Assembly: GCA_020184695.1 (NCBI GenBank)
Contig: JAANOX010000142.1
Location: forward strand, 1-64,000
Length of the DNA stretch: 64,000 nucleotides
Direction of reading: 5' to 3'
Origin: Histomonas meleagridis 2922-C6/04-290x
Taxonomy: Eukaryota > Protista > Parabasalia
Shown: piece by piece, positions 53,851 through 64,000 of the stretch
Layout: each line of letters opens with the position of its first letter
How positions within the stretch are numbered: the first letter of the stretch is position 1
The notes under the pieces: model-generated
The model's database searches: none
Told to the model about the DNA's origin: nothing
Seen by the model: the letters and a program-made list of their open reading frames with translations, nothing else
Program-made: the position numbers and the translations under genes

Positions 53851-54966
53851 TTATGGAATAATTTCTGTGCTGTTGTTGTAGCTTGGATAGTGGAAATCTT
53901 CTTGCACTTTACGTCCAGCTTCAATTTCTTCTCTGACAACTGGCATTATTCTTTCTCTGACTTGTTCCAATAAATGGAAAACAGTAACACAAACTTCCTT
54001 GAATCCATCTTCATTCCACCATTGTGTCTTATTGCAATACAAACAACGTCCTCCACATTCACTAAGAACTTCACATGATGAACATGGTTCTTGAACTTTC
54101 TCAGCATGATGAACTTTTTTGACGCTAAGAATAGTTTCTATGTTACCAAGGGAATCGAATTCTGGGGCAATTGGGCAGGCTGTTATATCACCGTTTGTTT
54201 CAATGTTAAATGATTCCCAGCCAGATGAGCAACGAACAGTTTCAAATTTCTCACCTGTAAGATAAGACCAAATAAGTCCGAGAAATGGTGTAATTCCAAG
54301 TACTGTACCATTTTTGAGACATGATATAAATTCATCAGCAAGTTTGGTTATTCCTGGATTATAACTTTTGTCACGCCATCCAAAGAAATCTTTGTAGGCA
54401 GAATAAGCAGGTGTGTCCCATTGGACGTTTAATTGCCAGTGAACATGATCAAACAATTTCTTTCCATTATGTTCAACATTAAGAAGATGATTGACATCTC
54501 TATATATATCAGAGTCTTCGCCAACAGTCATTCTCGCTATCATATCGCCAGTAAATCCACGATCACGTGCATCTTTTGCATTTGCAACTGCTCTTTCATA
54601 AGCTCTTGGCCCACGATTGAGATTGGTAACAGCAGCATCACCATCAATGCTAACAAGAATTGCGTCCATTTTGAGAAGGTTTTCAGTAGGTAACTTGTTC
54701 AACAAAGAAGCATTTGTTTGAAGAACAAATTTGGCATTTGGTATCATTATCATTATTTGTTGAATAAGGTCAATTCGGAGAAGTGGTTCACCACCATAAA
54801 AGCAGATAATTAAATCTTCTTCTTCATTAAGTTTTTTTAATTTATCGGGATTATAAGTAAGATTTTCTGGAAAAGGCGAGAGATCTTCAATATCAAAGTT
54901 TTCGTCACTTCCACAGTATTTGCATTTAAAGTTACATTCTTGTGTAAGTGTAACAAACCAAAGCAT
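53851..54966 (-). CDS. Radical SAM/SPASM-domain enzyme (archaeal AF0577-like)
   Basis: CNFKCKYC (CxxxCxxC), FYGGEPLL, QTNASLL, VSIDG and SPASM cysteines CSSG...ACP...CSSC...CGGRC. First ATG at 54966. Confidence 0.9.
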   Translation of the reverse strand: MLWFVTLTQECNFKCKYCGSDENFDIEDLSPFPENLTYNPDKLKKLNEEEDLIICFYGGEPLLRIDLIQQIMIMIPNAKFVLQTNASLLNKLPTENLLKMDAILVSIDGDAAVTNLNRGPRAYERAVANAKDARDRGFTGDMIARMTVGEDSDIYRDVNHLLNVEHNGKKLFDHVHWQLNVQWDTPAYSAYKDFFGWRDKSYNPGITKLADEFISCLKNGTVLGITPFLGLIWSYLTGEKFETVRCSSGWESFNIETNGDITACPIAPEFDSLGNIETILSVKKVHHAEKVQEPCSSCEVLSECGGRCLYCNKTQWWNEDGFKEVCVTVFHLLEQVRERIMPVVREEIEAGRKVQEDFHYPSYNNSTEIIP

Positions 54967-55501
54967 TTGTTTGAGGGCCAATGTGACACAAAAATTGAAT
55001 TACTGCGTTTGGTCATGACGGTTTATAGAAGTTCATTTTTATATCAGCGGTTATTCGATCGCTTTTTTATACTGAGTTGCATCATCCTTTTTATACAGCT
55101 TATTAGTTTTCAATGTTTGTGTGTTTACTATCTATGAGCTCCTTATTCTCTGCTTATCATATTCTTATAATGTGAACTTCTGATTTCATTTATTAATTTC
55201 AATTTATCTGTTTGCATATCTAAAACTCGTGCAATTTCTCGTGAAATAGTTTGACATTTTTATTAAACATATCATCAAATTTTACATATAATTTTACATT
55301 CAATTATATCACCATTTTTAATTCCTTGTTTAATTTAAGTTTCATCCAGATTTAAAACTATTCCATTAAAAAATAAATCCTTTTCATTTTCTAAACAAAA
55401 ATTGCAATAAATCTGCTAATCTTTCTGCTGTACATGATTTATTTAATAAAAAGTTACATGTTTCATATTTTATTTAGGTTTATTTGGCTATGCTGAATTA
55501 G

Positions 55502-56154
55502 TTGCTTAACACAAAGAAGTTAAAGTTAAACTCACGTTATGCCTTTTTCGAATATATTGCAAAGAATATTGGCATATGTCAATCGAAAGGGAAATTTATT
55601 TTTACTACTAATTTCGATTGTTTATTTCCTACTGAATTTTTTGAAATTGTTTCTACTCATCAATTTAATACAGCAATTTATTATCGAAGGTTACGATGGA
55701 ATTTGCGTAGCGATACATTAAATAAAAATAATATAACTATGAATGAATTAATTTCATTTATATCTGAGACATGGAAACTTAAAAATGTCGATTCGTGGTG
55801 TAAAACTATTGATAGATTTGTTATTGTCGATTCATGTGAAACTTATAAAATTAAAGCTGAGCCTTGTGCACCTGGTGATTTTACGTTACTGTCTAAAGTA
55901 TTGTGGAATATATCACAAGGTTTTAATGAGGTTCCAGCTAATCCTGGGATTAATACTGTATTTATTGCAAGAATGATGAAATTGTTACCGGGTTATCCGA
56001 GAATGTATCTGTTGTTTGTGTTCATCAATCACATGAACCTATTGGTTTTAGAAGAATTGGATTTAAGAATGAAAAACAGGTAAGAAATGAATATTGTTGC
56101 ATTGGAAGATGTCCATCATGTAAACCTATGATAGAGATGAATAGCGATTATTGA
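55502..56154 (+). pseudogene. Glycosyltransferase-2-like fragment, frameshifted
   Basis: KNIGICQSKGKFIFTTNFD resembles GT2 RN.G...AKG.FI...D. There is an in-frame TAG upstream and no ATG start. The likely true C-terminus (VVCVHQSHE...CCIGRCPSC) is in another frame after about 55995. Confidence 0.5.
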
Positions 56155-56314
56155 ATTATAATTTTGAAGAAATAATAAAATAAATTTTATGTATGTGTAT
56201 TTTAAAATTAATATAAATAACAAAATCAAATCAATCTTTCAATTTTTATTTGATTTGCTAGCAAAGTGTAGAAATTTTTTGAATTAGCTCGGATTAAACC
56301 AATATAATTTTTCA

Positions 56315-58497
56315 TTAGCATGCATTGTGTTTCTTTAGTAATTGAACTATTTCTGTATAACCATTTGAAGATGCCAAAATAAGTGCTGTCCAAAATAATT
56401 TAAATAATTTCCAAATATTATTTTGAAATATAATAAAATTATTAAAATAAATATCAAATAAAACAAATAAATATTTTTAGCATTAATATCAATTCCTTCT
56501 TGTTTAAGAAGTAATTTAGCTATTTCAGTGTAACCACTGCTAGATGCATACATAAGTGCTGTCCAAAATAATTTAAATAATTTCCAAATATTATTTTGAA
56601 ATATTAAATTATTAAAATAAATTTTAAATAAAACAAATAAATATTTTTAGCATTAACATCAATTCCTTCTTGTTCAAGAAGTAATTTAACTATTTCTGTA
56701 TGACCTTTTTCAGATGCTCTAATAAGTGCTGTTTTAAATAATTTAAATAATTTTCAAATATTATTTTGAAATATCAAATTATTAAAATAAATAAAAATCA
56801 AAATAAATAAATTTTATCTTTAGCATTAATATCAATTCCTTCTTGTTCAAGAAGTAATTTAACTATTTCTATATCACCTTTTTCAGATGCATACATAAGT
56901 GCAGTCCATAATAATTTAAATAATTTCCAAATATATATTTTGAAATGCCAAATTGCTGAAATAAACATAAAATACAAAGAATTACTCTCAGCATTAATAT
57001 TAATTCCTTCTTGTTCAAGAAGTAATTTAACTATTTCTGTATGACCAATTTCGGATGCATTCATAAGTGCTGTTTCAAATAATTTAAATAATTTCCAAAT
57101 ATTATTTTGAAATATAAAATTATTAAGACAAATATAAAATAATAAAAACAAATATCTTTAGCATTAATATCGATTCCTTTTTGTTCAAGAAGTAATTTAA
57201 ATATATCAGTGCGACCTCTACGTGCAGAATAAACAAACAAACCATTAAATATTTTTATGAAAATTTATATAAAATAATTAAACATTCAACCATTAATAAA
57301 AACATTTTTATATTCAGAATTAAAATATTTGTTATTAATAATGTAATTAAATAGTTCTCTGTTTTCGAATACCGAATCAAGATCAGAAAAACGTATTGAA
57401 ATTGGGTTTTTTTCAATAAAATATTGGACTATAAATAAATTTCCTGTATCAATAGCACGCAAAATTATATATTTATCAATAATCATTCCTATTTCAAACA
57501 AAAATGAAATAATTTCATAATTATTATATAAAATACAATTAATTCCCACCCCCCTGAAACTATATATTTGTTTTATTCTATTTTCAAAAATATATTTAAA
57601 GATATCATTTCGATGAAATTTAATTGCTGTTTCATATACATCGTCAAATTCAGAATGATTTTGTATACATAAATGAATGATTTCTTCATTTCCACCAGCA
57701 ACTGCATATTTACCTGTTTTCTTTACATTTGCACCATTCATAAGTAAATATTTAAAACAATTTACTGAAGAAAAAAATGCTGCATAACCAATTAATGTTA
57801 CACAACCGTCATTAATAAATGAACATCTTTCATAAAGTGATGGTTTTATTTTTTGGTTGAAATCAAAATTTGTTTGTGATGATATTTCTTGTAGTTTTTC
57901 TATTTCATCATTGCGAATTATTCTTGCAATTTCATTTGGATTATGTCCTTCTTTAACATATTGCTTATGAAGTTGCCAATCATTCTTTGAGAGTTCTTCA
58001 ATGCTTTCCAAGAAGTATCGATAAGATTTATTTGATTTTATTTTTTTTATTTTATCAATTGAAATGCGATGTGCAAAGTATGGCGTTGATTTGTCTTTAC
58101 AAATTAAAGGATCGGCCATATTGTTTTCAATCATTTTTTCCAAAAGAAAATTTGATTCTTGCGTATCTTTAGATATTAAACATTTTATAAATATATCAAT
58201 GATTTTGTTATTATTGAGACCAATTTCATTTTCTTTTAATTCCAATTTTTTTAAAAATTCAAGACATAGCTGATCAAGTCCTTTTGATATATAATATGAG
58301 TATGTTAAATTACTTATAATTAAATTGTATGAATATGGAAACTCTTGTGGGAAGTTTGCTAAAAGAGATCCTATAGTATCATCAATGTTTTTATCATTTA
58401 AATCGAAAATTACTTGCTCTAAGTTCTGCAACATTTGAAGGTTTCCAGCGTGTTGCTTTTGGTCGCTCTCAAATATTTGACTTATATTGCCTCCCAT
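56315..58497 (-). CDS. DUF3447-ankyrin repeat gene, locus C, interrupted by 6 spacers
   Basis: DUF3447 ORF from ATG 58497 (MGGNIS). Spacers are 57303-57244 (60 nt), 57153-57074 (80), 56983-56906 (78), 56815-56733 (83), 56642-56563 (80) and 56472-56390 (83). The last block ends KKHNAC*. Confidence 0.8.
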
Positions 58498-58783
58498 TCT
58501 AAATTTAGAAAAACAAAAGTTATGCAAATAACCGTAGCAACCTCTCGATATGAAAACAAAAAATGGGAAAAAAATTTTATTAAAATTAGCTACTTTTCTT
58601 TCATAAAATAGAATAACTGTTTTATGAATACAATAGTTTTACCTTATGTATCATAAGCCTATAACGTCAAGATATATTTCATGAAAGATTTAATGGAAAT
58701 AAATATGAGTGATGCTTATTTTTTTATATAAAAAAATTACTTAGTAGACTTATTTTCAGGATGAATAAAAAAATCAAAAATTT

Positions 58784-58856
58784 TGCCTGCGAGCGGAGTC
58801 GAACCGCCGACCTTTCGCTTACAAGGCGAACGCAATAACCACTATGCTACGCAGGC
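58784..58856 (-). tRNA. tRNA-Thr(UGU)
   Basis: GCCTGCG/CGCAGGC acceptor stem, TAGCATAGTGG D-arm, TTCGC-CTTGTAA-GCGAA anticodon arm, GGTTCGACTCC T-arm and downstream T-runs. Confidence 0.95.
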
Positions 58857-59099
58857 ATTCATTTAACCAAATGAATGTATATTAATATATATAAATAAAG
58901 ATTTAATTACATCAAAAAGTGACAATATGTGTGAATTACAATTGATTGTGGTTGCAACGGTTTGATATTGAAAAAGTCGCGTGGAATTTGAATAGAAAAA
59001 GATGGCGAATAATTTTGAGATAAATACTTAATGACATCAAAATATTTGAGAACTTTTATTTATATCATTATAATAATATAATACAATTGTAATCCCAAA

Positions 59100-62000
59100 A
59101 TGGCAAATAATGATATAATTCCAGTTATTTCGAATTATTTGGATCGTCTCAACAATTGCATTACAGAACATTTTCAGAATATATCTATTTCTAATGATAC
59201 ATTGCCGATTTCTGGAATAGATTTTTTATCAATTAATTTTTCCCAAGGTTTTTATATCATCAAAAAATTCTCTAGCCTTTATAAAAATATTGTATTAAGA
59301 GCCATTTTACAAGGTATTGACACTAGACTTCAAAGAATCCATTCATCAACAATCTCAATTATTGATCTTGAAACAGTTTGTATTTACTTTGAACTAGCAA
59401 ATCAATGTGTTTCTGATTACATCGATAATCAAGAAGATATATTTCAGGAAATCTCAACTGAAACAACATCGATTATAAAACAAATAATTTTATTTTCTGA
59501 TTCATCTGAAGCCCTTTATAAGACCATTACAAAGTATTTTGTCCGCTTTACCAAAAGTATTGGTCGTTTAAGTAATTCTATTTATAATCATATCTCAAAT
59601 CTTATTCTCGAAGAAGTAGATCATGGTCATACAGACATCCTTACCAAATATTTACATTTATTTTCACTTATCTCTTTAGATTTTGAAACAGCTAAAAGTT
59701 CGTTAGAAATCATATCGCAAAATTATGGACAACTTCTTAAAATCAAAAAGATCAAAACGCCACAACTCATTGTAAATATTATCAAGAAGTCTCTTAAAGC
59801 CTCACCAGAAAGTTATATTGATCAATTTAAAACGAAGACCAATTTCCCATTAATTGAATCATTTATCCAAAAAATCCCAAAAACTCAAATCAACGCCATA
59901 TTTGCCATTCATTTTCTATTGCCTAAACTCTTTTTATCTCCTGATTTTATGAATTTAATGAATCAGACCATCACACAAAACTCTTCTGATATCACTAAAA
60001 TTGTTAATTCCTTTGATATTATTAACATAGGGATCTTTTATATGAAGAATTATCGACTTTTAGACACATTTCCACATTTTGATTTTTTAATTAATTACAT
60101 CGAGAAAAACACAAACGAATGTTTACAATTCCCTAAGAAAGTCAAAGACAAATTATTTGTTAATTTTCCATTAGCTTTAATGATTTTTGATTATTCCTTA
60201 TTTTCTACCAAATTTTTACAAATATTAAATAAAACATTAACACAAACGAAAGGTTTATATGTCTTTAAAATATTATCTAAGTCATATAAAGTCAGAAATT
60301 TAGAAATCGATTATTTAATTGATTTATCATCAAATGCTATCATACAATTTTCATCTGATCTCGAATCACCAGAATATTTCCGAATTATATGTAAAGCTTT
60401 TTCGAAAGATTATTCATTAATGGAATTATTCTTTAAGAAGTCACAAAATGCATTTGTCATTTTATTAATGACATGTTTTTCGAATGATTTCATTGAATGT
60501 GCTAAAGCTTTAATTGGATTCTTTGATATAAGTCGAATAACTAAAATTGATGATGATTATATGATAATAATGATGTGTAAGTTAATTATATCAACGATTT
60601 CTTCATTTGTTGTCGAGAAATCATTAAGTTATACAAATTCTTTTACATTTAAAATACCAGAAATTATTTTAACGATTTCGAATTTCATTTTATTATTATT
60701 ACAAAATCATGAATTCGATGAAAATATTATTAATGATATATTAAATATATTACATGACTTTGAGAAATGTGCTTTTATATTTTTGATTTCATTCTCTTCA
60801 AACATTTGTAAAATTGCAATTTCTATTTTTTCGAATATTTTAGAAATTATAAATGTAATGCAATTTAATGACATCGATATGCCAATAGAATTTTATCAAA
60901 TTATAACAACAAATTGTAAAAATAAAACATCGATAATTGCCGTCCATCCATCGATTATATCATCATTAAAGTTCATTAAAAATCCTTCAAAGAACTTAAA
61001 TATAATTTGGGATTCATTAACAGAATATTTCAAGAAAGTTTCATCTAAAATATCATCATCAATTAAAATAACTGATAAAATTGATGTACAAAAACCATTT
61101 TCAGTATTAATTGATGAGTTTTCAAATTGTTTTTCTGTTTTATTATCAATACAATCAGAAGATTCACGTGAAATATTAAATTATGTTAATATGTTTTTAA
61201 GTTATGAAGATGATTTATCACAAGCAGTAATTAATTGTTTACCACCTGCTTTATTACCACAAAATTATGAATATTTTATTAATTTATTATTACGATGGAT
61301 TAAAGTATTTATGCCAAATGATGAACAACATATAATAGTAACAAGTTCGAATACAATTTTCATTAATAATTCAATGGCGTTAATGAAAAACTTATTAAAA
61401 CAAAAACATTGGAAAGATTTCTTACAAACATCAATTAAATGTTTAAGTGAATTAGGTCATTGTTGTACTAATTATTGTAATTTAATCAAATTAAGTGAAT
61501 TACATATAACGTGTATTCAATTCATTATAACATTAGTCGAATTATGTGGTAATGATTTATCTATACCTGAACGAATTTATATATCAAATAATTTGGCTAA
61601 TTGGGTATCACAATCACAAGAAAATATATCAAATGATTTAAACATTAAAAACTTTAAAATTTTAACATTCGAAGCTATGGATATGTTATTAAAGAATATC
61701 GAATTCTTTGAAACAGAAGAAGATTTAATAATTAATGAATCTCAATCAGTTAATAAATTTAAGTTTTATATCGAATGTGCAATTAAAAACATTTCACAAA
61801 CACAAAATAAACTTAATAATAAAATCCAAAAGTTTTTAATTACAATTTTACAAAATAATTTACAAAATGGTTTAATACATTGTATTCCAGAATGTTTACA
61901 ATCATCAGAAACAGTGAAAACAATATTTTTAAATGCTATAGCTTCAACATTACAAAAGCCAATTGAATCAATTATACCATTAGTAATTCAACCAGAAATA

Positions 62001-64000
62001 TCATTACTTGATATGTTATTTGAGAACAATTTCCAATTAATTGATTTATTAATAGGTATAGTCCCATTATCTAAAGTTGAAACAATATCTTATGCATTAC
62101 TTGAAGCTTCATGTTTAAAACATGTTGCATTTGAATTCATTGATAAAATGTTAACAAATGAATTAAACCTTGTTAGAGAAGAAAATAAAAATGCATTACT
62201 TAGAGGTAATCAAATCCCTTCAAGAGTTATAGGTTTTACACCTCGAATATTTGCTAGTAAATGGTTAATTAATACATTAAAACAACCAATTATCGAAATG
62301 ATTGATTCACAAAATAATTATGAAAATAATGAAGATTTCATCGAATTTTTCTTGATGTTAGTTAATCGAATTTCGAAATGTTTATTAAATTTACCAAAAA
62401 CTTTAATTATCATTATACAACATATATATAAAAAAGTTATTGAGAAATTCGAAGATTTAGGTTTACAAATTGTTTTCGGTTTAATATTTTTAAGATTTAT
62501 TTGTTTGTCATTAAACTTATTAAATATGATTGATATACAAAGGCCTATTTCTAATGAACAAAAGAATTGTTTGAAAAAGGTTTCTGTTATATTAATGTCA
62601 TTAACATCTAATAAATCAATTGAAGATAAAGGTGAACAATATAAGAACTTAGGTAAAGTATCTGATAAAGCACGTGATGAAATCTTTAAATCGATTCATG
62701 AATTAATTAAAATTGATCCTGAAACTAAAGAAGATGAAACATTAGAATTTAATGAATCAAAAATCATTGAAACTTTAACAAAGAATTTAATTATATGTAT
62801 TAATCCACTTCAAACCAAAATCGAAGAATTAACATCAAATGATATAAAAGTTAAAGCATCGAATTTATTAAAATATTTACAAGATAATAATCAAACAATT
62901 ATTGAAAAGACTCAGACTACAAATACATTAAATTCAACATCAATATTATTCACGAAATTAATGAATAGTGACTTTAGTGACATTAATTTTTCAAGTTTTT
63001 CAAAATGGTTCTTTAGAGAGAATAATTGTTTTTATATGATCTCAATGTATATACCAAAAGTATCGGATAAAAAAGCATTGATATATTACTTCTTTAATGA
63101 AATCCAAAAATGTGAAGAACCATTTTATATATTATTAGATTTCACTAAATTCGATAAAACGTTATATCCTAAATTTGATTTAGTTTTAAATTATATATAT
63201 AATATACCAGAAACTATTTTAACTAAAATTAAAAATGTTTTCATTGTAAATCCGATATCAAGTTTCGTAACAATATTATTAAAGAAATGTCCACATATTA
63301 ATAAAGATTTATTTATATTTGTAAGAGATCCAAATGTATTAATAAAAAGTATTGGAAAGATTTCAACTAAATTACCAAGTTTAACTAAAGAAAGTTTATC
63401 ACCTCATGAATCAATCCATAGAGCATTTGTAAATAAAACAGATTCATTAATTCGAATACATGAAAAATCAATTCAAATAATACAAGAATTAAATTATCCG
63501 ATTTTCACACAATTTATTATACCGATTTCAACAATATCAGAAATATCATTACAAAAAGATAATAAATTCAAAATAAAACAAACGAATTCTAATTCTATCA
63601 TTGTTAAATCATCAACAGATTCGAATTTATATTCATTATTAAACATTGCTATCCAAAAAGGTCATTCATTTACTACTTTAAATAAGAAATTTAATATCAA
63701 TAAAAACTCTATACAATGGATCTTATTAAATATAGCTATAGCTAATACTATAAACTCGAAGAATAATGAAGAATTAAATAAAGCTGCTTTCCAAGTTATC
63801 AGAAGTATATATATTACTTATGATTTTAATCGTACATTTAACTTCTTGTCATTTCCTTTGGATTTAACATTGGAATGTCATGAAAAAATATTACAAATGG
63901 TTTCATTAGATATATCAAAACAAAATCCTTCTGAAGCGCCACTTTTCGTAAACGAGTTCTTTAAAGTAATTGATTTTATATCATCGAATAAGTTACCGAA
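59100..64000 (+). CDS. Neurofibromin/Ira-like RasGAP, partial (runs off window end; absent from ORF track)
   Basis: ATG at 59100 with the frame apparently open to the window end (spot-checked; no stop-terminated ORF is listed there). RasGAP motifs ALLRGNQIPSRV (arginine finger, about 62190) and LIFLRFIC (about 62480) are followed by a Sec14-like segment (ILLDFTKF, VFIVNP). Confidence 0.75.
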   Translation, partial: MANNDIIPVISNYLDRLNNCITEHFQNISISNDTLPISGIDFLSINFSQGFYIIKKFSSLYKNIVLRAILQGIDTRLQRIHSSTISIIDLETVCIYFELANQCVSDYIDNQEDIFQEISTETTSIIKQIILFSDSSEALYKTITKYFVRFTKSIGRLSNSIYNHISNLILEEVDHGHTDILTKYLHLFSLISLDFETAKSSLEIISQNYGQLLKIKKIKTPQLIVNIIKKSLKASPESYIDQFKTKTNFPLIESFIQKIPKTQINAIFAIHFLLPKLFLSPDFMNLMNQTITQNSSDITKIVNSFDIINIGIFYMKNYRLLDTFPHFDFLINYIEKNTNECLQFPKKVKDKLFVNFPLALMIFDYSLFSTKFLQILNKTLTQTKGLYVFKILSKSYKVRNLEIDYLIDLSSNAIIQFSSDLESPEYFRIICKAFSKDYSLMELFFKKSQNAFVILLMTCFSNDFIECAKALIGFFDISRITKIDDDYMIIMMCKLIISTISSFVVEKSLSYTNSFTFKIPEIILTISNFILLLLQNHEFDENIINDILNILHDFEKCAFIFLISFSSNICKIAISIFSNILEIINVMQFNDIDMPIEFYQIITTNCKNKTSIIAVHPSIISSLKFIKNPSKNLNIIWDSLTEYFKKVSSKISSSIKITDKIDVQKPFSVLIDEFSNCFSVLLSIQSEDSREILNYVNMFLSYEDDLSQAVINCLPPALLPQNYEYFINLLLRWIKVFMPNDEQHIIVTSSNTIFINNSMALMKNLLKQKHWKDFLQTSIKCLSELGHCCTNYCNLIKLSELHITCIQFIITLVELCGNDLSIPERIYISNNLANWVSQSQENISNDLNIKNFKILTFEAMDMLLKNIEFFETEEDLIINESQSVNKFKFYIECAIKNISQTQNKLNNKIQKFLITILQNNLQNGLIHCIPECLQSSETVKTIFLNAIASTLQKPIESIIPLVIQPEISLLDMLFENNFQLIDLLIGIVPLSKVETISYALLEASCLKHVAFEFIDKMLTNELNLVREENKNALLRGNQIPSRVIGFTPRIFASKWLINTLKQPIIEMIDSQNNYENNEDFIEFFLMLVNRISKCLLNLPKTLIIIIQHIYKKVIEKFEDLGLQIVFGLIFLRFICLSLNLLNMIDIQRPISNEQKNCLKKVSVILMSLTSNKSIEDKGEQYKNLGKVSDKARDEIFKSIHELIKIDPETKEDETLEFNESKIIETLTKNLIICINPLQTKIEELTSNDIKVKASNLLKYLQDNNQTIIEKTQTTNTLNSTSILFTKLMNSDFSDINFSSFSKWFFRENNCFYMISMYIPKVSDKKALIYYFFNEIQKCEEPFYILLDFTKFDKTLYPKFDLVLNYIYNIPETILTKIKNVFIVNPISSFVTILLKKCPHINKDLFIFVRDPNVLIKSIGKISTKLPSLTKESLSPHESIHRAFVNKTDSLIRIHEKSIQIIQELNYPIFTQFIIPISTISEISLQKDNKFKIKQTNSNSIIVKSSTDSNLYSLLNIAIQKGHSFTTLNKKFNINKNSIQWILLNIAIANTINSKNNEELNKAAFQVIRSIYITYDFNRTFNFLSFPLDLTLECHEKILQMVSLDISKQNPSEAPLFVNEFFKVIDFISSNKLP

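Overview
AT-rich, intron-poor, gene-dense eukaryotic DNA. The DUF3447-ankyrin family, TCAYW initiator motifs just upstream of several ATGs and the flagellar genes point to a parabasalid (Histomonas/Tritrichomonas-like); this assignment is inference. Housekeeping genes include Pus7, eIF3h, dynein p28, Sec24-like, Not4-like, Rab, TOR, alpha-amylase, two SAPS proteins, CK2 beta, 14-3-3, p97, PCNA, Eco1, importin-beta-like, MATE, a radical SAM enzyme, tRNA-Thr and an NF1-like RasGAP. The standout feature is three full and one decayed DUF3447-ankyrin loci. In them, every ankyrin repeat is an intact 90-nt coding block followed by an AT-rich spacer at the same codon position. The spacer is usually exactly 80 nt, where only about 12 nt are expected. 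Most spacers break the frame or contain stops, none has GT-AG or the parabasalid branch-point signal, and most carry a fixed-position TTTGGA. This suggests an unrecognised removal or bypass mechanism: non-canonical splicing, ribosome hopping or DNA-level cassette use.
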